Assembly: GCA_030680695.1 (NCBI GenBank)
Contig: JAUXUT010000149.1
Span: forward strand, 167,801-231,800
From: a bacterium
GTDB lineage: Bacteria > Patescibacteriota > Minisyncoccia > Phycocordibacterales > UBA6065
Direction: 5' to 3'
DNA: 64,000 nt
The position numbers were made by a program, and so were the translations under genes. A model generated the notes under the pieces. That model was given only the letters and a program-made list of their open reading frames with translations. It was not told where the DNA came from and searched no databases. Of the stretch, positions 38,998 to 49,184 are shown piece after piece; the stretch's first letter is position 1, and every line of letters begins with the position of its first letter.

Positions 38998-39030
38998 GAG
39001 CCCCGCGCATGCGCGGGGCTTTTATTTCCT
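38998..39030 (+). terminator. Intrinsic terminator.
   Basis: AGCCCCGCGC-AT-GCGCGGGGCT followed by TTTATTTCC. Confidence 0.7.
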
Positions 39031-39069
39031 TGGCGCCGTGCTGTTGGTCTGGTAGGATATCCGAACTGC

Positions 39070-39145
39070 GGGCCATTAGCTCATTTGGTAGAGCGCATCC
39101 ATGGCATGGATGAGGCGACCGGTTCGATCCCGGTATGGTCCACCA
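39070..39145 (+). tRNA. tRNA-Ala (anticodon GGC), with encoded CCA.
   Basis: Acceptor GGGCCAT/ATGGTCC with G3:U70, D-arm GCTC/GAGC, anticodon stem CATCC/GGATG with loop aTGGCat, T-arm ACCGG-TTCGATC-CCGGT, discriminator A, and CCA. Confidence 0.85.
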
Positions 39146-39150
39146 CCAAA

Positions 39151-40308
39151 CTAAACATTTCTCTCTTTACGCGTTTTCTCTAGAATGCTCACAATTTCCT
39201 GGGCGATGTATTTAACATCAACACGCTTTCTGAGGTTGTTCATCTGTTTGGCGAGAATAGCTTGTCCACAAAGTTCACGTACACGTTGGAGCACAGCCTT
39301 TGTGTCATTGAAGTCAATCACAAACTTGCTGAGGTTCGCTTCTCGGAATACCTGGGCGCATCCCATAGTTTCATTTACGAGTACGGGCACACCCACACAC
39401 GCGGCTTCGACTGGAACATTTCCAAATGTCTCAAACTCGGAGGGACAGATAACAAGTCCTTGTGTAGCATAGAAAGTTCTCAGGGCCTTTGGGTCCATGC
39501 TTGGAATAACGTTAATACTCTTTGGAACCTTTTTACGCAGTTTCGGGGTGTGGAAATCGGTAACCATGATCGCTTCGTGGTCCCAGCCCGCCTTTTTCAA
39601 AAGTTCATGGATGCGAATAAATTTCTTGGGGCGCTTGATGCGGGAGAATCGCCCCACAAAGGTTATGCGTCTCTCAACGGTGAAGTCGAGTTTGTCTGCA
39701 TGTGTGAACACGGGTGATATTGGATTTGGTATGACCACTGCGTCTCGTACGTTGTTACGGTCGATAACGACTTCAAGTACGGTTTGCCTGCAAATCTCGG
39801 ATGGAAATATGATTTTACTTGCTCTGCGGACCACTGAACGTTCCATGTCCCGCATTATTTTCCTGTCTTTTTTAGGAAAGTACGATGTTTCCTTCGTGAG
39901 GACTCCTGCATACCAGAGAACCACCGGGATTCTTTCCTTACGGCAGGCAATAGATAGAATCCAGGGCACGTAGTATGTACCGTTTATGAGCATGATGTCG
40001 GGGCGCTCTTTCCGCAGGATTTCTCGAACCTTCTCGATAATCGGCTTGAAATGTTTTTCGAGATCCGAAAGACTCTTACTTTTCTTTAGGAGGTCGCTGA
40101 GTCCGTAGTCGCATATACCCACAATATGATGTGAGAACCACTCAGGCGAGAGATGTCTAAAGATGGAGGCTGCTTTGAATGAGCGGAACGGGTTAAGTTC
40201 GATACCAGCGAACGATACATCTGACCCATGAAGATGTGTTAAAAGACTAAGATTTGTTGTAGTGATGCCTCCAAGTGCCTCACGGGTGATGTTTATTGCT
40301 ACTTTCAT
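39151..40308 (-). CDS. Glycosyltransferase family 4 (GT-B, RfaG-like).
   Basis: C-terminal domain FVGRFSRIKRPKKFIRI...PSEFETFGNVPVEAACVGVPVLVNE, the E-x7-E-like GT4 signature. Confidence 0.8.
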   Translation of the reverse strand: MKVAINITREALGGITTTNLSLLTHLHGSDVSFAGIELNPFRSFKAASIFRHLSPEWFSHHIVGICDYGLSDLLKKSKSLSDLEKHFKPIIEKVREILRKERPDIMLINGTYYVPWILSIACRKERIPVVLWYAGVLTKETSYFPKKDRKIMRDMERSVVRRASKIIFPSEICRQTVLEVVIDRNNVRDAVVIPNPISPVFTHADKLDFTVERRITFVGRFSRIKRPKKFIRIHELLKKAGWDHEAIMVTDFHTPKLRKKVPKSINVIPSMDPKALRTFYATQGLVICPSEFETFGNVPVEAACVGVPVLVNETMGCAQVFREANLSKFVIDFNDTKAVLQRVRELCGQAILAKQMNNLRKRVDVKYIAQEIVSILEKTRKERNV

Positions 40309-40390
40309 ATAGTTTCTTATAGTACCACATTGTTATAAATATGTCGATATAGTCGTGCCAAAGCGCGGCCTTTTCTATATACTAGCTCGC

Positions 40391-41665
40391 ATGAACGAGA
40401 ACCGACCGGTAACCATCCTTGTCTTCGGCGCCACCGGCGACCTTGCAACGACCAAACTTTTTCCTGCGCTCGAAGAACTGTGGGATGCAGGTGCTATTCA
40501 TGACGAAGTACGAATCGTGGGACTTTCGAGAAGGCGCTGGACAGATAAGGATTTTCGCGAGTTCCTGCGCGAAACAGGCGACAGACGTTATTCCAAGAAG
40601 TTCCTCGACCAGGTCTCGTTTTCTATGCTCGACATAGATAAAGGCGAAGGTTTTTCGGCAATACCGGCAATCGTGTTGGGTGAGCCTGTTGTGTTTCTTG
40701 CTCTTGCTCCATCAAATCACGAAAAGACCATCGCAGGATTGCGTGATGCCGGAGTGCTCGCTCGTGGTAAGGGTCTTCTTATGATCGAAAAGCCATTCGG
40801 TACTGACGAAAAATCCGCACGAGCATTGACGCATCTCATCACATCCTTTCTTGACGAGTCACAGATACGTCGTATTGACCATTACTTCGGCAAGGCCGCA
40901 GTTACGTCGCTTATGAACCTTCAAGAACGATCGCCTGACCTCGGCTCACTTCTTGTTCGTGCCAATGTTTCAACTATACGAATCCGTCTTTTTGAGGAAA
41001 AGGGAATAGGCGATCGTGCCGCTTCGTATGAAGGTGTCGGTGCGTTTCGTGATGTTGGTCAAAATCATATGCTCGAGATGCTCGCCATTATTGCAGCAGA
41101 TATACCTGAGAACGTCCGCACGAGCGGCATGCCTGTGCCGTGGCAAATGCTTCGCGCAGATGCATTGTCGACGCTTGCCCCGCCGGCCATTACTTGTGAC
41201 CTTTCGCGTCGTGGTCAGTATGAAGGGTATTTGCGCGAGCATGGCGTGGCCAAAGGTTCGCAGACCGAAACTGCCTTTGAGGTGACGACGACGCTGTATG
41301 GTGGAAAATTGGCCCGTGTACCAGTCATCCTTGAGTCCGGTAAGAAGATGGGAAAGTCAGAGGCGTCTATCCGCATCGATTTCAAGGATATCGAGGACGT
41401 CCCAAGGCGTATCGAAATATTCATCCAGCCAGAGCCGCGTATCGAAATCGAACACCGCGACGGTAGCCGTCTCGTGAAGAAAGCAAAACAGAAAGAGACT
41501 GCATATGCCGCGATTATGCACGCTGCGCTTTTTGGTTCGACTCGCGAGTTCGTCGGCGCGGAAGAAATACAGGCATTGTGGCGTTATGCAGATCGCATCG
41601 TCGCGTGTTGGGGCAAGGTGCCACTCGAGGCCTATAGCAAGGAAAAGCCGTTTTTGGTACAGTGA
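40391..41665 (+). CDS. zwf: Glucose-6-phosphate 1-dehydrogenase.
   Basis: N-terminal VFGATGDLATTKLFPAL NADP site, and the RIDHYFGKAAV substrate-binding motif. Confidence 0.9.
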   Translation: MNENRPVTILVFGATGDLATTKLFPALEELWDAGAIHDEVRIVGLSRRRWTDKDFREFLRETGDRRYSKKFLDQVSFSMLDIDKGEGFSAIPAIVLGEPVVFLALAPSNHEKTIAGLRDAGVLARGKGLLMIEKPFGTDEKSARALTHLITSFLDESQIRRIDHYFGKAAVTSLMNLQERSPDLGSLLVRANVSTIRIRLFEEKGIGDRAASYEGVGAFRDVGQNHMLEMLAIIAADIPENVRTSGMPVPWQMLRADALSTLAPPAITCDLSRRGQYEGYLREHGVAKGSQTETAFEVTTTLYGGKLARVPVILESGKKMGKSEASIRIDFKDIEDVPRRIEIFIQPEPRIEIEHRDGSRLVKKAKQKETAYAAIMHAALFGSTREFVGAEEIQALWRYADRIVACWGKVPLEAYSKEKPFLVQ

Positions 41666-41698
41666 GACCTCAATATTGGTTCAAAAACATATAAAGAA

Positions 41699-41926
41699 AT
41701 GCTCAAAAAATTCTTAATGAAGCAAGCAATGAAGTCGCAACTTAAGGACGTTCCTCAGGATCAGCAGGATATGCTTATCGATTTGGTCGAGAGGAATCCG
41801 GCCTTTTTCGAGAATCTTGCAAAGGAAATGCAGGAAGGCGTGGCATCAGGCAAAGACCAGCAGACAGTGATGATGGAGCTCATGCAAAAGCACCGTGACG
41901 AGCTCGCGAAGATGATGGGCAAATAA
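41699..41926 (+). CDS. Small hypothetical helical protein (75 aa).
   Basis: An ORF only. No SD or recognisable domain, and the start is uncertain. Confidence 0.3.
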   Translation: MLKKFLMKQAMKSQLKDVPQDQQDMLIDLVERNPAFFENLAKEMQEGVASGKDQQTVMMELMQKHRDELAKMMGK

Positions 41927-41933
41927 ATCGATC

Positions 41934-42521
41934 ATGGCGCAGTCTAAAAAAATATTCATACTTGTCGGCAACCCAGACAAAGATTCGCTCTCGACGGCGC
42001 TCGCCGAAGCGTACGTCGATGGTGCACGCAAGGCTGGTCACGAGGTCCGCCTCACTCAGATTTCTGATATGCGATTCGATCCAATCCTCCACAAGGGATA
42101 CAAGGTTGTTCAGGAGCTCGAGCCGGATCTTGTGAAATTCCAAGAAGATGTGCGATGGTGCGAGACATACGTCACGTTCTTCCCGATATGGTGGTCTGAT
42201 GTGCCGGCACTGCTCAAAGGCCTCGTCGATCGCGCATGGATGCCTGGATTCGGTTTTCGTTTTAATCACGGACGAATGCCGGGGTGGCAGCGCCTATTAA
42301 AGGGCCGCCGTGCTCGCGTCATTGTGACGTCCGACACGCATCCAGCGATACTTTGGGTATTGTTTGGCGGCAACATCAATTCATATGTTCGCGGTGTGTT
42401 GCGATTCTCTGGCTTTGCGCCACTGCGCAAGACGTGGATATCGGGCATGAAAAATTTGTCTCCTGATCGCATCGAACGCTTAAAGGTAAAAATGGCGCGC
42501 ATAGGCGCGAAGGCGAAGTAA
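41934..42521 (+). CDS. Flavodoxin-like NAD(P)H:quinone oxidoreductase (NQO1/KefF/MdaB-like FMN reductase).
   Basis: KIFILVGNPDKDSLSTALAEAYVDGARKAGHEVRLTQISDMRFDPIL matches the Flavodoxin_2 family N-terminus. Confidence 0.75.
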   Translation: MAQSKKIFILVGNPDKDSLSTALAEAYVDGARKAGHEVRLTQISDMRFDPILHKGYKVVQELEPDLVKFQEDVRWCETYVTFFPIWWSDVPALLKGLVDRAWMPGFGFRFNHGRMPGWQRLLKGRRARVIVTSDTHPAILWVLFGGNINSYVRGVLRFSGFAPLRKTWISGMKNLSPDRIERLKVKMARIGAKAK

Positions 42522-42720
42522 AGAAAAACTGGTGAAAAAATGGGGCGCGAGTCGTGAGTCACGGTGTAGCTGGAGTATGTCTTTTTGTTACTTTTCGGTT
42601 TTATGGTGTTTACGTCATAAACTCTGATATTTTTGACATCCTTTAACATTTTTTAATCTTTTTAAGGTCTTTAATTTTTCTTGATTTGCGGCTATGACCC
42701 AAATGTCATATTTTTGAAAT

Positions 42721-42984
42721 ATGAGAAAAAGACACATACAAGACGCCGCTGATGGATTCGTAAGCATATTCCGTAAATCGGCCAGGGAATCACGCAGATT
42801 CATGAGATTAAGCCAACAAGAAGTCGCTAGTTGTATGGGCACAAGTCAAGCAGTAATAGCGCGCTTCGAATCGGGCAAAAACAAAAATCCCGGCATTCAA
42901 TTCATATTCGGCCTGGTGCGCACACTTGGCATGCGCCTCGACTTCCGCATCGTTTTGAAAAATGGCCGCAAGGTGTTATCGTGA
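42721..42984 (+). CDS. XRE-family helix-turn-helix transcriptional regulator (87 aa).
   Basis: HTH LSQQEVASCMGTSQAVIARFESGKNKNP. Preceded by an AT-rich roughly 200-bp spacer. Confidence 0.6.
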   Translation: MRKRHIQDAADGFVSIFRKSARESRRFMRLSQQEVASCMGTSQAVIARFESGKNKNPGIQFIFGLVRTLGMRLDFRIVLKNGRKVLS

Positions 42985-43020
42985 TGGCCTAATGCGGCTC
43001 TGCCGCTTACCCATCAATCT

Positions 43021-44133
43021 ATGGCACTCTCAATCGGAATCGTCGGTCTCCCAAACGTCGGCAAATCAACGCTCTTTAATGCGCTCACCAAAAAGGGCGT
43101 CCTTATCGCAAACTATCCGTTCGCGACTATAGACCCGTCCGTGGGAGTCGTGGCCGTTCCTGACGACCGCCTTTACAAGCTCGCTGAGTTTTCTAAGACA
43201 CAAAAAACCGTGCCCGCGGCCGTTGAGTTCGTGGACATTGCAGGTCTCGTGAAAGGCGCGTCCGCGGGCGAAGGCCTCGGCAACCAGTTCCTCACCAACA
43301 TTCGCGAAACTGACGCCATCGCGGAAGTTGTGCGCATCTTTGAAGATACCGACATCATTCACGTGGATAACAAAGTGGACCCGATGAGCGACATCGGAGT
43401 CATAAATCTCGAGCTCATCATGGCCGACCTCCAGACCGTGACCAAGCGCGCATCAAACGTCGCTCGCGAAGCAAAGTCCGGCAAAAAAGAGGCCTTGATC
43501 GAGGCGGGACTACTCGCCAAGGTTCAGGCGGCGCTCGAGGCGGGCAAGCTCGCCAATACTGTCCCTGTCGAGCAGGCTGAAGAACCGTATTTCAAAGGCG
43601 TGCATCTTCTCACGGGCAAAAAGATTTTGTATGTATTGAATAAGAAATCGGGCGGGGTGAATCTCGATGAAATTAAGGATGCGAACGGATCGCCAGACCC
43701 GCGCTGGACCAAGCTCATGGATTTCATGAAAGAAACTGGATCGAACTATGTCGTCGTGGACGCGGGCACCGAAAACGAACTGCGCGACATGACAGACACC
43801 GAAAAACAAGAGATGCGCGAAGGTTTGGGTGCGCGAAACGGCATTGATGACCTTATTCGTGCCGGGTATGACATGCTCGGGCTTATAACTTATTTCACTA
43901 CAGGCGAGAAAGAAACGCGTGGCTGGACGGTTAAGAAGGATTCGACCGCTCCGATTGCTGCTGGTGCCATCCATACCGATTTCACAACCAAATTCATCCG
44001 CGCCGAGGTCATCGAATGGGACAAGCTTCTCGAATCTGGATCATTTGCGACTGCTCGTGAAAAAGGTCTCCTGCGCGTGGAAGGGAAGGAATATATTGTG
44101 AAGGACGGAGATGTGATGGAGTTCAAGATTTAA
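43021..44133 (+). CDS. ychF: Ribosome-binding ATPase YchF.
   Basis: [40 protein letters not shown], and a C-terminal TGS domain. Confidence 0.92.
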   Translation: MALSIGIVGLPNVGKSTLFNALTKKGVLIANYPFATIDPSVGVVAVPDDRLYKLAEFSKTQKTVPAAVEFVDIAGLVKGASAGEGLGNQFLTNIRETDAIAEVVRIFEDTDIIHVDNKVDPMSDIGVINLELIMADLQTVTKRASNVAREAKSGKKEALIEAGLLAKVQAALEAGKLANTVPVEQAEEPYFKGVHLLTGKKILYVLNKKSGGVNLDEIKDANGSPDPRWTKLMDFMKETGSNYVVVDAGTENELRDMTDTEKQEMREGLGARNGIDDLIRAGYDMLGLITYFTTGEKETRGWTVKKDSTAPIAAGAIHTDFTTKFIRAEVIEWDKLLESGSFATAREKGLLRVEGKEYIVKDGDVMEFKI

Positions 44134-44200
44134 TAAAAGAAAGATAAAGTCCCTGTGCATAACTCGTCCGCGCCAAAGGCTTGCCAAGTTGATATGATTA

Positions 44201-44482
44201 ATGGGTAAAAGTCGCATTATCAGAACATCACGAACGAACATGAAGTCTACCCATTTCATCGCTTCGCTTCTCGTCTGGATCGGCGGAATAAACTGGGGCC
44301 TCTTTGGTCTCGGCTCATTCTTCGATAGCAACTGGAACGTGGTCAACCAGCTCCTCGGCTCATGGGCCGCAGTGGAGTGGATTGTCTACATTCTCGTTGG
44401 CGTATCCGCCATCTATCTTGTAGTCACCCACAAGGCGCACTGCAGGGCATGCGAGGGGTCGGATGCGGCTCCGGTCATGTAA
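44201..44482 (+). CDS. DUF378-family small membrane protein.
   Basis: IGGINWGLFGL...IVYILVGVSAIYLV matches the DUF378 pattern. The start may be the internal MKSTHF. Confidence 0.6.
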   Translation: MGKSRIIRTSRTNMKSTHFIASLLVWIGGINWGLFGLGSFFDSNWNVVNQLLGSWAAVEWIVYILVGVSAIYLVVTHKAHCRACEGSDAAPVM

Positions 44483-44567
44483 CCGGCCGGATTAGCGACA
44501 CACAGGAAAGCCTGGCGAATAGCCAGGCTTTCGCATATGATAGGTAGACCAGCTAACCAACAACATT

Positions 44568-45539
44568 ATGACGAACGAACGACCTTCTCTGGCTCAGGAC
44601 TTCTTCCTTAATCTCGGTGTTATGGCGACGCTCTATGCCGTCGTTGTCGCCTTTCTTTCACTTGTGTTCAGCATCGTGAACCGCGTGTTTCCTGATGCTC
44701 TCAATGGATACTATGGTGATCCGTACTCATCGGGAGTGCGTTTTGCCATGGCGACCCTTATCATCGTCTTTCCACTTTTCGTCTGGCTTTCGCGATCAAT
44801 CACCAAGGCGATTCTCGACAACGCAGAGCGCAGGAATTCAGTAATTCGACGTTGGATGGTCTACATCACGCTTTTTCTCGCATCGGCCACTCTTGTCGTC
44901 GATCTTGTTGTTGCTTTAAACTCGTTCTTGTCAGGTGACCTCACGACCAGATTTGCCCTCAAGGCGTTGGCTGTTCTCATCGTCGCAGGCATGATTTTCT
45001 GGCACTATCTTGGCGAGATTCGGGAGACCAATACATACAAGAAATACGTGGTAAGCGTTTCAGTTGCTGGAATTCTCGTTCTTGCGGGCATCATCACAGC
45101 TTTCGCTGTCTTTGGATCGCCATCATCGGTACGAGCAATTCGTTTCGACGACCAGCGCGTCTCTCATCTCCAGCAGATTCAGTGGCAGGTTGTTAATTAT
45201 TATCAAGGTAAGGGCGAGGTGCCTGCGAACTTGGATTATCTCAAAGATCCTATTTCGAGTTTCATGGTGCCAGTAGATCCTCAGACTAGCACTGCCTACG
45301 CATATTCAAAGACCGGTCCGCTTTCGTTCCGTCTTTGCGCGACCTTCAATAAGGCGAGTGACGGCAAGAGGAATTCATACGGCATGGATTACGGATACCC
45401 ACTTCCTGTTGGCGGTCATGAATTAGAAAACTGGAAACACGAGGCCGGCGAACACTGCTTTGACCGCACGATTGACCCTGATTTCTATCCGGTGAATGAT
45501 GTGCTCATACAGAAACGTGCTGCATCCATGGTTCGATAG
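44568..45539 (+). CDS. Hypothetical polytopic membrane protein (possibly DUF5671-like) with a C-terminal soluble domain.
   Basis: Five or six predicted TM helices in the first roughly 190 aa. The family assignment is tentative. Confidence 0.5.
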   Translation: MTNERPSLAQDFFLNLGVMATLYAVVVAFLSLVFSIVNRVFPDALNGYYGDPYSSGVRFAMATLIIVFPLFVWLSRSITKAILDNAERRNSVIRRWMVYITLFLASATLVVDLVVALNSFLSGDLTTRFALKALAVLIVAGMIFWHYLGEIRETNTYKKYVVSVSVAGILVLAGIITAFAVFGSPSSVRAIRFDDQRVSHLQQIQWQVVNYYQGKGEVPANLDYLKDPISSFMVPVDPQTSTAYAYSKTGPLSFRLCATFNKASDGKRNSYGMDYGYPLPVGGHELENWKHEAGEHCFDRTIDPDFYPVNDVLIQKRAASMVR

Positions 45540-45548
45540 ACGCATCAC

Positions 45549-47966
45549 ATGAAGTCGTACGACCACAAAAAAATCGAGAAGCATTGGCAGAAGGAATGGG
45601 CCAAAAAAGGTACGTATGAGACCGCCTTGGCGAGCGACAAGCCAAAGTTCTATATCCTCGACATGTTCCCGTATCCTTCTGGCGAGGGACTTCATGTCGG
45701 CCATCCAAAAGGGTACATAGCGACCGATATTGTCTCGCGCATGAAAAGGATGCAGGGCTTCAACGTGCTCCATCCTATGGGTTTTGATGCGTTCGGATTG
45801 CCTGCAGAAAACTACGCCATCAAGACAAAGACCAATCCGATGGATTCGGTGGCCAAGAACGTTGAGCGATACAAGAATCAACTCGAGATTCTCGGCTTTG
45901 ATTACGACTGGTCGCGCGAGGTGAACACCACCGACCCAAAGTTTTACAAATGGACACAGTGGATATTTTTGAAATTGCTTGAAAAAGGCCTGGCATATGA
46001 ATCGCACGAGCCGATCAACTGGTGCCCTTCGTGCAAGACCGGCCTAGCGAATGAAGATGTTGAGGATGGCCGTTGCGAGCGATGCTCAACCCCAGTAGAA
46101 AAGAAACCGATGCGCCAGTGGGTTTTGCGCATCACGAAATATGCCGACAGACTCTTGCAGGACCTAGATACTTTGGATTGGCCAGAGTCTATCAAGGAGA
46201 GCCAGAGGAATTGGATTGGCAGATCAGAAGGCGCCGAAATAGATTTCGCCGTCAAAGGAAGGAAAGATGTGCTCAAGGTGTTCACCACAAGGCCGGACAC
46301 TTTGTTTGGCGTGACATATGTCGTCGTTGCGCCTGAACATGATTTCGTAACTGAGCTTTTGAAGGAAGCGGCGGCGCTCAAAAATCGTGGCGAGGTCATC
46401 AAATACGTCGCCGCCGCCCGCGTTATGACCCAAATCGAGCGCACCGACGCCAAAAAAGACAAGACCGGAGTGAGGCTCGAAGGAGTTTTCGCAATTAATC
46501 CAGCAAACAACGAAGAAGTGCCAGTGTACGTCGCCGACTATGTGCTCGCCGAATACGGAACTGGCGCAGTTATGGCGGTTCCTGCGCATGATGATCGAGA
46601 TTTCGAGTTCGCCAAGAAGTACGATCTGCCGATTGAAATAGTTATCCGCTGTGAAGATCATATTCTCACTGCCTGGACGGAAGAGGGCGTCCTTGTTGAT
46701 TCCGGACCTTTCAGTGGCATGTCTTCTGAAGAAGCAAAACGTAAAATAACCGAATCTGTCGGCGGCAAGTGGGTCGTAAAATATAAACTCAAGGAATGGG
46801 TATTTTCGCGTCAAAGATACTGGGGCGAGCCGTTCCCGGTTCTACATGACGGTGATAAAATCGTGCCAGTTCCAGAAGAAGACCTTCCCGTCGAGCTTCC
46901 TAAAGTAAAATCATATGAACCAACAGGCACGGGCGAATCTCCGCTCGCTGATGTCGAGGATTGGGTGAACGTGAAGGTCGGCAAGGGCAAGGATGCGCGA
47001 ATCATGCGTCGTGAGACGAATACAATGCCGCAGTGGGCCGGATCTTCTTGGTATTACTTGCGCTATATGGACCCGCAAAACGATACAGCGCTTGTGGACC
47101 CAAAGGCAGAGAAATACTGGAATCAGGTGGACTTTTATGTCGGCGGTGCAGAGCACGCTACGCGTCATCTCATCTATGCGCGCTTCTGGCATAAGTTTCT
47201 GTACGACATTGGTGTGGTGACGACCACAGAGCCTTTCAAGCGCCTTCAGTCAGTCGGCCTCATCATGGGCGAGGACGGCAGAAAGATGTCCAAACGATTC
47301 GGCAACGTGGTGAATCCTGATGACATCGTCGAGACGTATGGTGCGGACACCTTGCGCCTTTATGAGATGTTCATGGGACCTTTCGATCAAGCCATTTCTT
47401 GGTCCACTGGAGGCATAATGGGAACACGCCGTTTTATTGAACGTGTTTGGAAGATGCGTGAAAAAGTTGCGGACGGCGACGGTTCACCAGCAGCAACGCT
47501 TTCAAAGGAAGCCGAGGTGCTCCTTAATAAAACTATAGCCAAAGTTACTGACGATATTGGCGCCGTGCGTCATAACACTGCTGTCTCGGCTCTCATGATT
47601 TTGTCAAACGAACTCGATAAATCGGAATTTATCCCGCGACCAGCATACGAATCTTTCCTCAAGCTTTTGGCACCGTTTGCACCGCATGTTGCAGATGAGC
47701 TTTGGTCTGATTTAGGTAACAACAATTCAATCCACCAAGCGACATGGCCTGTTGCCGATGCCACTAAAATAGCGGATGAGGAAGACATTATTGCCGTACA
47801 AGTGAATGGCAAGACTCGCGCCACATTCAAGGCCGTAAAAGGCTCTGATAAGACCACACTGGAGGCTTCTGCGCTCGCCCTTGATGAGATTAAGAAGTGG
47901 GTGGGGGACGCACAACCAAAGAAAGTCATTGTTGTGCAAGGTAGGATGGTTTCAATCGTCCTTTAG
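45549..47966 (+). CDS. leuS: Leucyl-tRNA synthetase.
   Basis: HIGH motif PYPSGEGLHVGHPKGY, KMSKS motif KMSKRFGN, and a CP1 editing domain. Confidence 0.95.
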   Translation: MKSYDHKKIEKHWQKEWAKKGTYETALASDKPKFYILDMFPYPSGEGLHVGHPKGYIATDIVSRMKRMQGFNVLHPMGFDAFGLPAENYAIKTKTNPMDSVAKNVERYKNQLEILGFDYDWSREVNTTDPKFYKWTQWIFLKLLEKGLAYESHEPINWCPSCKTGLANEDVEDGRCERCSTPVEKKPMRQWVLRITKYADRLLQDLDTLDWPESIKESQRNWIGRSEGAEIDFAVKGRKDVLKVFTTRPDTLFGVTYVVVAPEHDFVTELLKEAAALKNRGEVIKYVAAARVMTQIERTDAKKDKTGVRLEGVFAINPANNEEVPVYVADYVLAEYGTGAVMAVPAHDDRDFEFAKKYDLPIEIVIRCEDHILTAWTEEGVLVDSGPFSGMSSEEAKRKITESVGGKWVVKYKLKEWVFSRQRYWGEPFPVLHDGDKIVPVPEEDLPVELPKVKSYEPTGTGESPLADVEDWVNVKVGKGKDARIMRRETNTMPQWAGSSWYYLRYMDPQNDTALVDPKAEKYWNQVDFYVGGAEHATRHLIYARFWHKFLYDIGVVTTTEPFKRLQSVGLIMGEDGRKMSKRFGNVVNPDDIVETYGADTLRLYEMFMGPFDQAISWSTGGIMGTRRFIERVWKMREKVADGDGSPAATLSKEAEVLLNKTIAKVTDDIGAVRHNTAVSALMILSNELDKSEFIPRPAYESFLKLLAPFAPHVADELWSDLGNNNSIHQATWPVADATKIADEEDIIAVQVNGKTRATFKAVKGSDKTTLEASALALDEIKKWVGDAQPKKVIVVQGRMVSIVL

Positions 47967-48081
47967 TTCGACGGTTCGCATTAGACAATCCGCGCAAGAC
48001 TTGACAAGTTTCGCACGAGCCTATATGCTTGACTTTATAGTAAGTCAGTGATAATTTATTAGGCACAAACAAATCGCAGTT

Positions 48082-49116
48082 ATGGCAACCACGCTTACTA
48101 TCAAGCCGAAACAGGTCGTTAAAGCCCTTCTTAAGAGCCTCCCAGAACGCGCCCAGGAAGTCATAACCAAGCGATATGGCCTCGGCAAAGACCCAGATAA
48201 GATGACCCTCGAGGCCATCGGCCAGACTTACGGCATCACCCGTGAGCGAGTTCGCCAGATTGAAAACTACGCAATCGCGAACATCCAGAAGTCCAAGGAA
48301 TTTGAATCTCAGACTTCTGCGTTTAAGGAGCTCGAAGAGCTCGTGCACGAGATGGGTGGCGTTATGGCCGAAGAAGACCTTCTCGATTCGGTTTCCAAGG
48401 ATATTTCAATCCAGAACCACGTTTATTTCCTCCTCGTCCTTGGACGCGCCTTTAAATGGCAGAAGGAAGACGACCATTTCAAGCATCGATGGCATATTGA
48501 TGATGCGCACTCGAAGAAAATCGAAGACGCGCTTCGCAAGTTGTACAAGAACCTAAAAGACGATGACATCATCCCTGAGTCTGAAATGATTGATACTTTC
48601 CTCAATCACGTCGAAGACCTCAATGACAAGTTCAGGAACGACGAGATCCTCAAGCGATGGCTCTCGATTTCAAAGAAGGTCGGCAAGAACCCTCTCGGTG
48701 AATGGGGCGTATCTCATTCTCCAAACATCAAGGCTAAGGGCATGCGAGACTACGCGTTCCTCGTTATCCGCAAGCATGGATCGCCTATACATTTCCGCGA
48801 AGTAGCTATGCAGATTCAGAAGATGTTCGGCAAGAAGGCTCACGTTGCAACTACTCACAACGAACTCATCAAGGATCCTCGATTTGTTCTCGTTGGACGT
48901 GGACTTTACGCGCTCTCTGAATGGGGCTATATGTCAGGTGTTGTGAAGGATGTCATCAAGAACGTAATCGAGAAAAATGGTCCTCTCACCAAAAAGGAAG
49001 TTATCGAGAAGGTCATGAAGGAACGATACGTCAAGGAAAACACCATCCTCGTTAATCTCCAGAACCCTAAGTTTTTCAAGAAGGATAAGGAAAACAGGTA
49101 CTCGATCGTCGGTTAA
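48082..49116 (+). CDS. RNAP-associated protein with an N-terminal sigma-70 region-4-like HTH and a C-terminal HARE-HTH (RNA polymerase delta / RpoE-like) domain.
   Basis: The N-terminus LPERAQEVITKRYGL...TLEAIGQTYGITRERVRQIE resembles sigma region 4. The C-terminus GSPIHFREVAMQIQKMFGK...HNELIKDPRFVLVGRGLYALSEWG matches the HARE-HTH of Bacillus RpoE. Confidence 0.6.
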   Translation: MATTLTIKPKQVVKALLKSLPERAQEVITKRYGLGKDPDKMTLEAIGQTYGITRERVRQIENYAIANIQKSKEFESQTSAFKELEELVHEMGGVMAEEDLLDSVSKDISIQNHVYFLLVLGRAFKWQKEDDHFKHRWHIDDAHSKKIEDALRKLYKNLKDDDIIPESEMIDTFLNHVEDLNDKFRNDEILKRWLSISKKVGKNPLGEWGVSHSPNIKAKGMRDYAFLVIRKHGSPIHFREVAMQIQKMFGKKAHVATTHNELIKDPRFVLVGRGLYALSEWGYMSGVVKDVIKNVIEKNGPLTKKEVIEKVMKERYVKENTILVNLQNPKFFKKDKENRYSIVG

Positions 49117-49130
49117 GACCGCAAGAGTTA

Positions 49131-49170
49131 TATACAAGCAAACCGCCCGCTCATCTACCCGATGTCGGGC
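49131..49170 (+). terminator. Intrinsic terminator.
   Basis: AACCGCCCG...CGGGCGGTT followed by TTTGC. Confidence 0.55.
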
Positions 49171-49184
49171 GGTTTTGCTATCAT

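Noticed and set aside
42266-42649. 127-aa minus-strand ORF overlapping the flavodoxin-like oxidoreductase gene
   Set aside because: It is antisense to a gene with clear family motifs and extends into the AT-rich spacer. No supporting signals.
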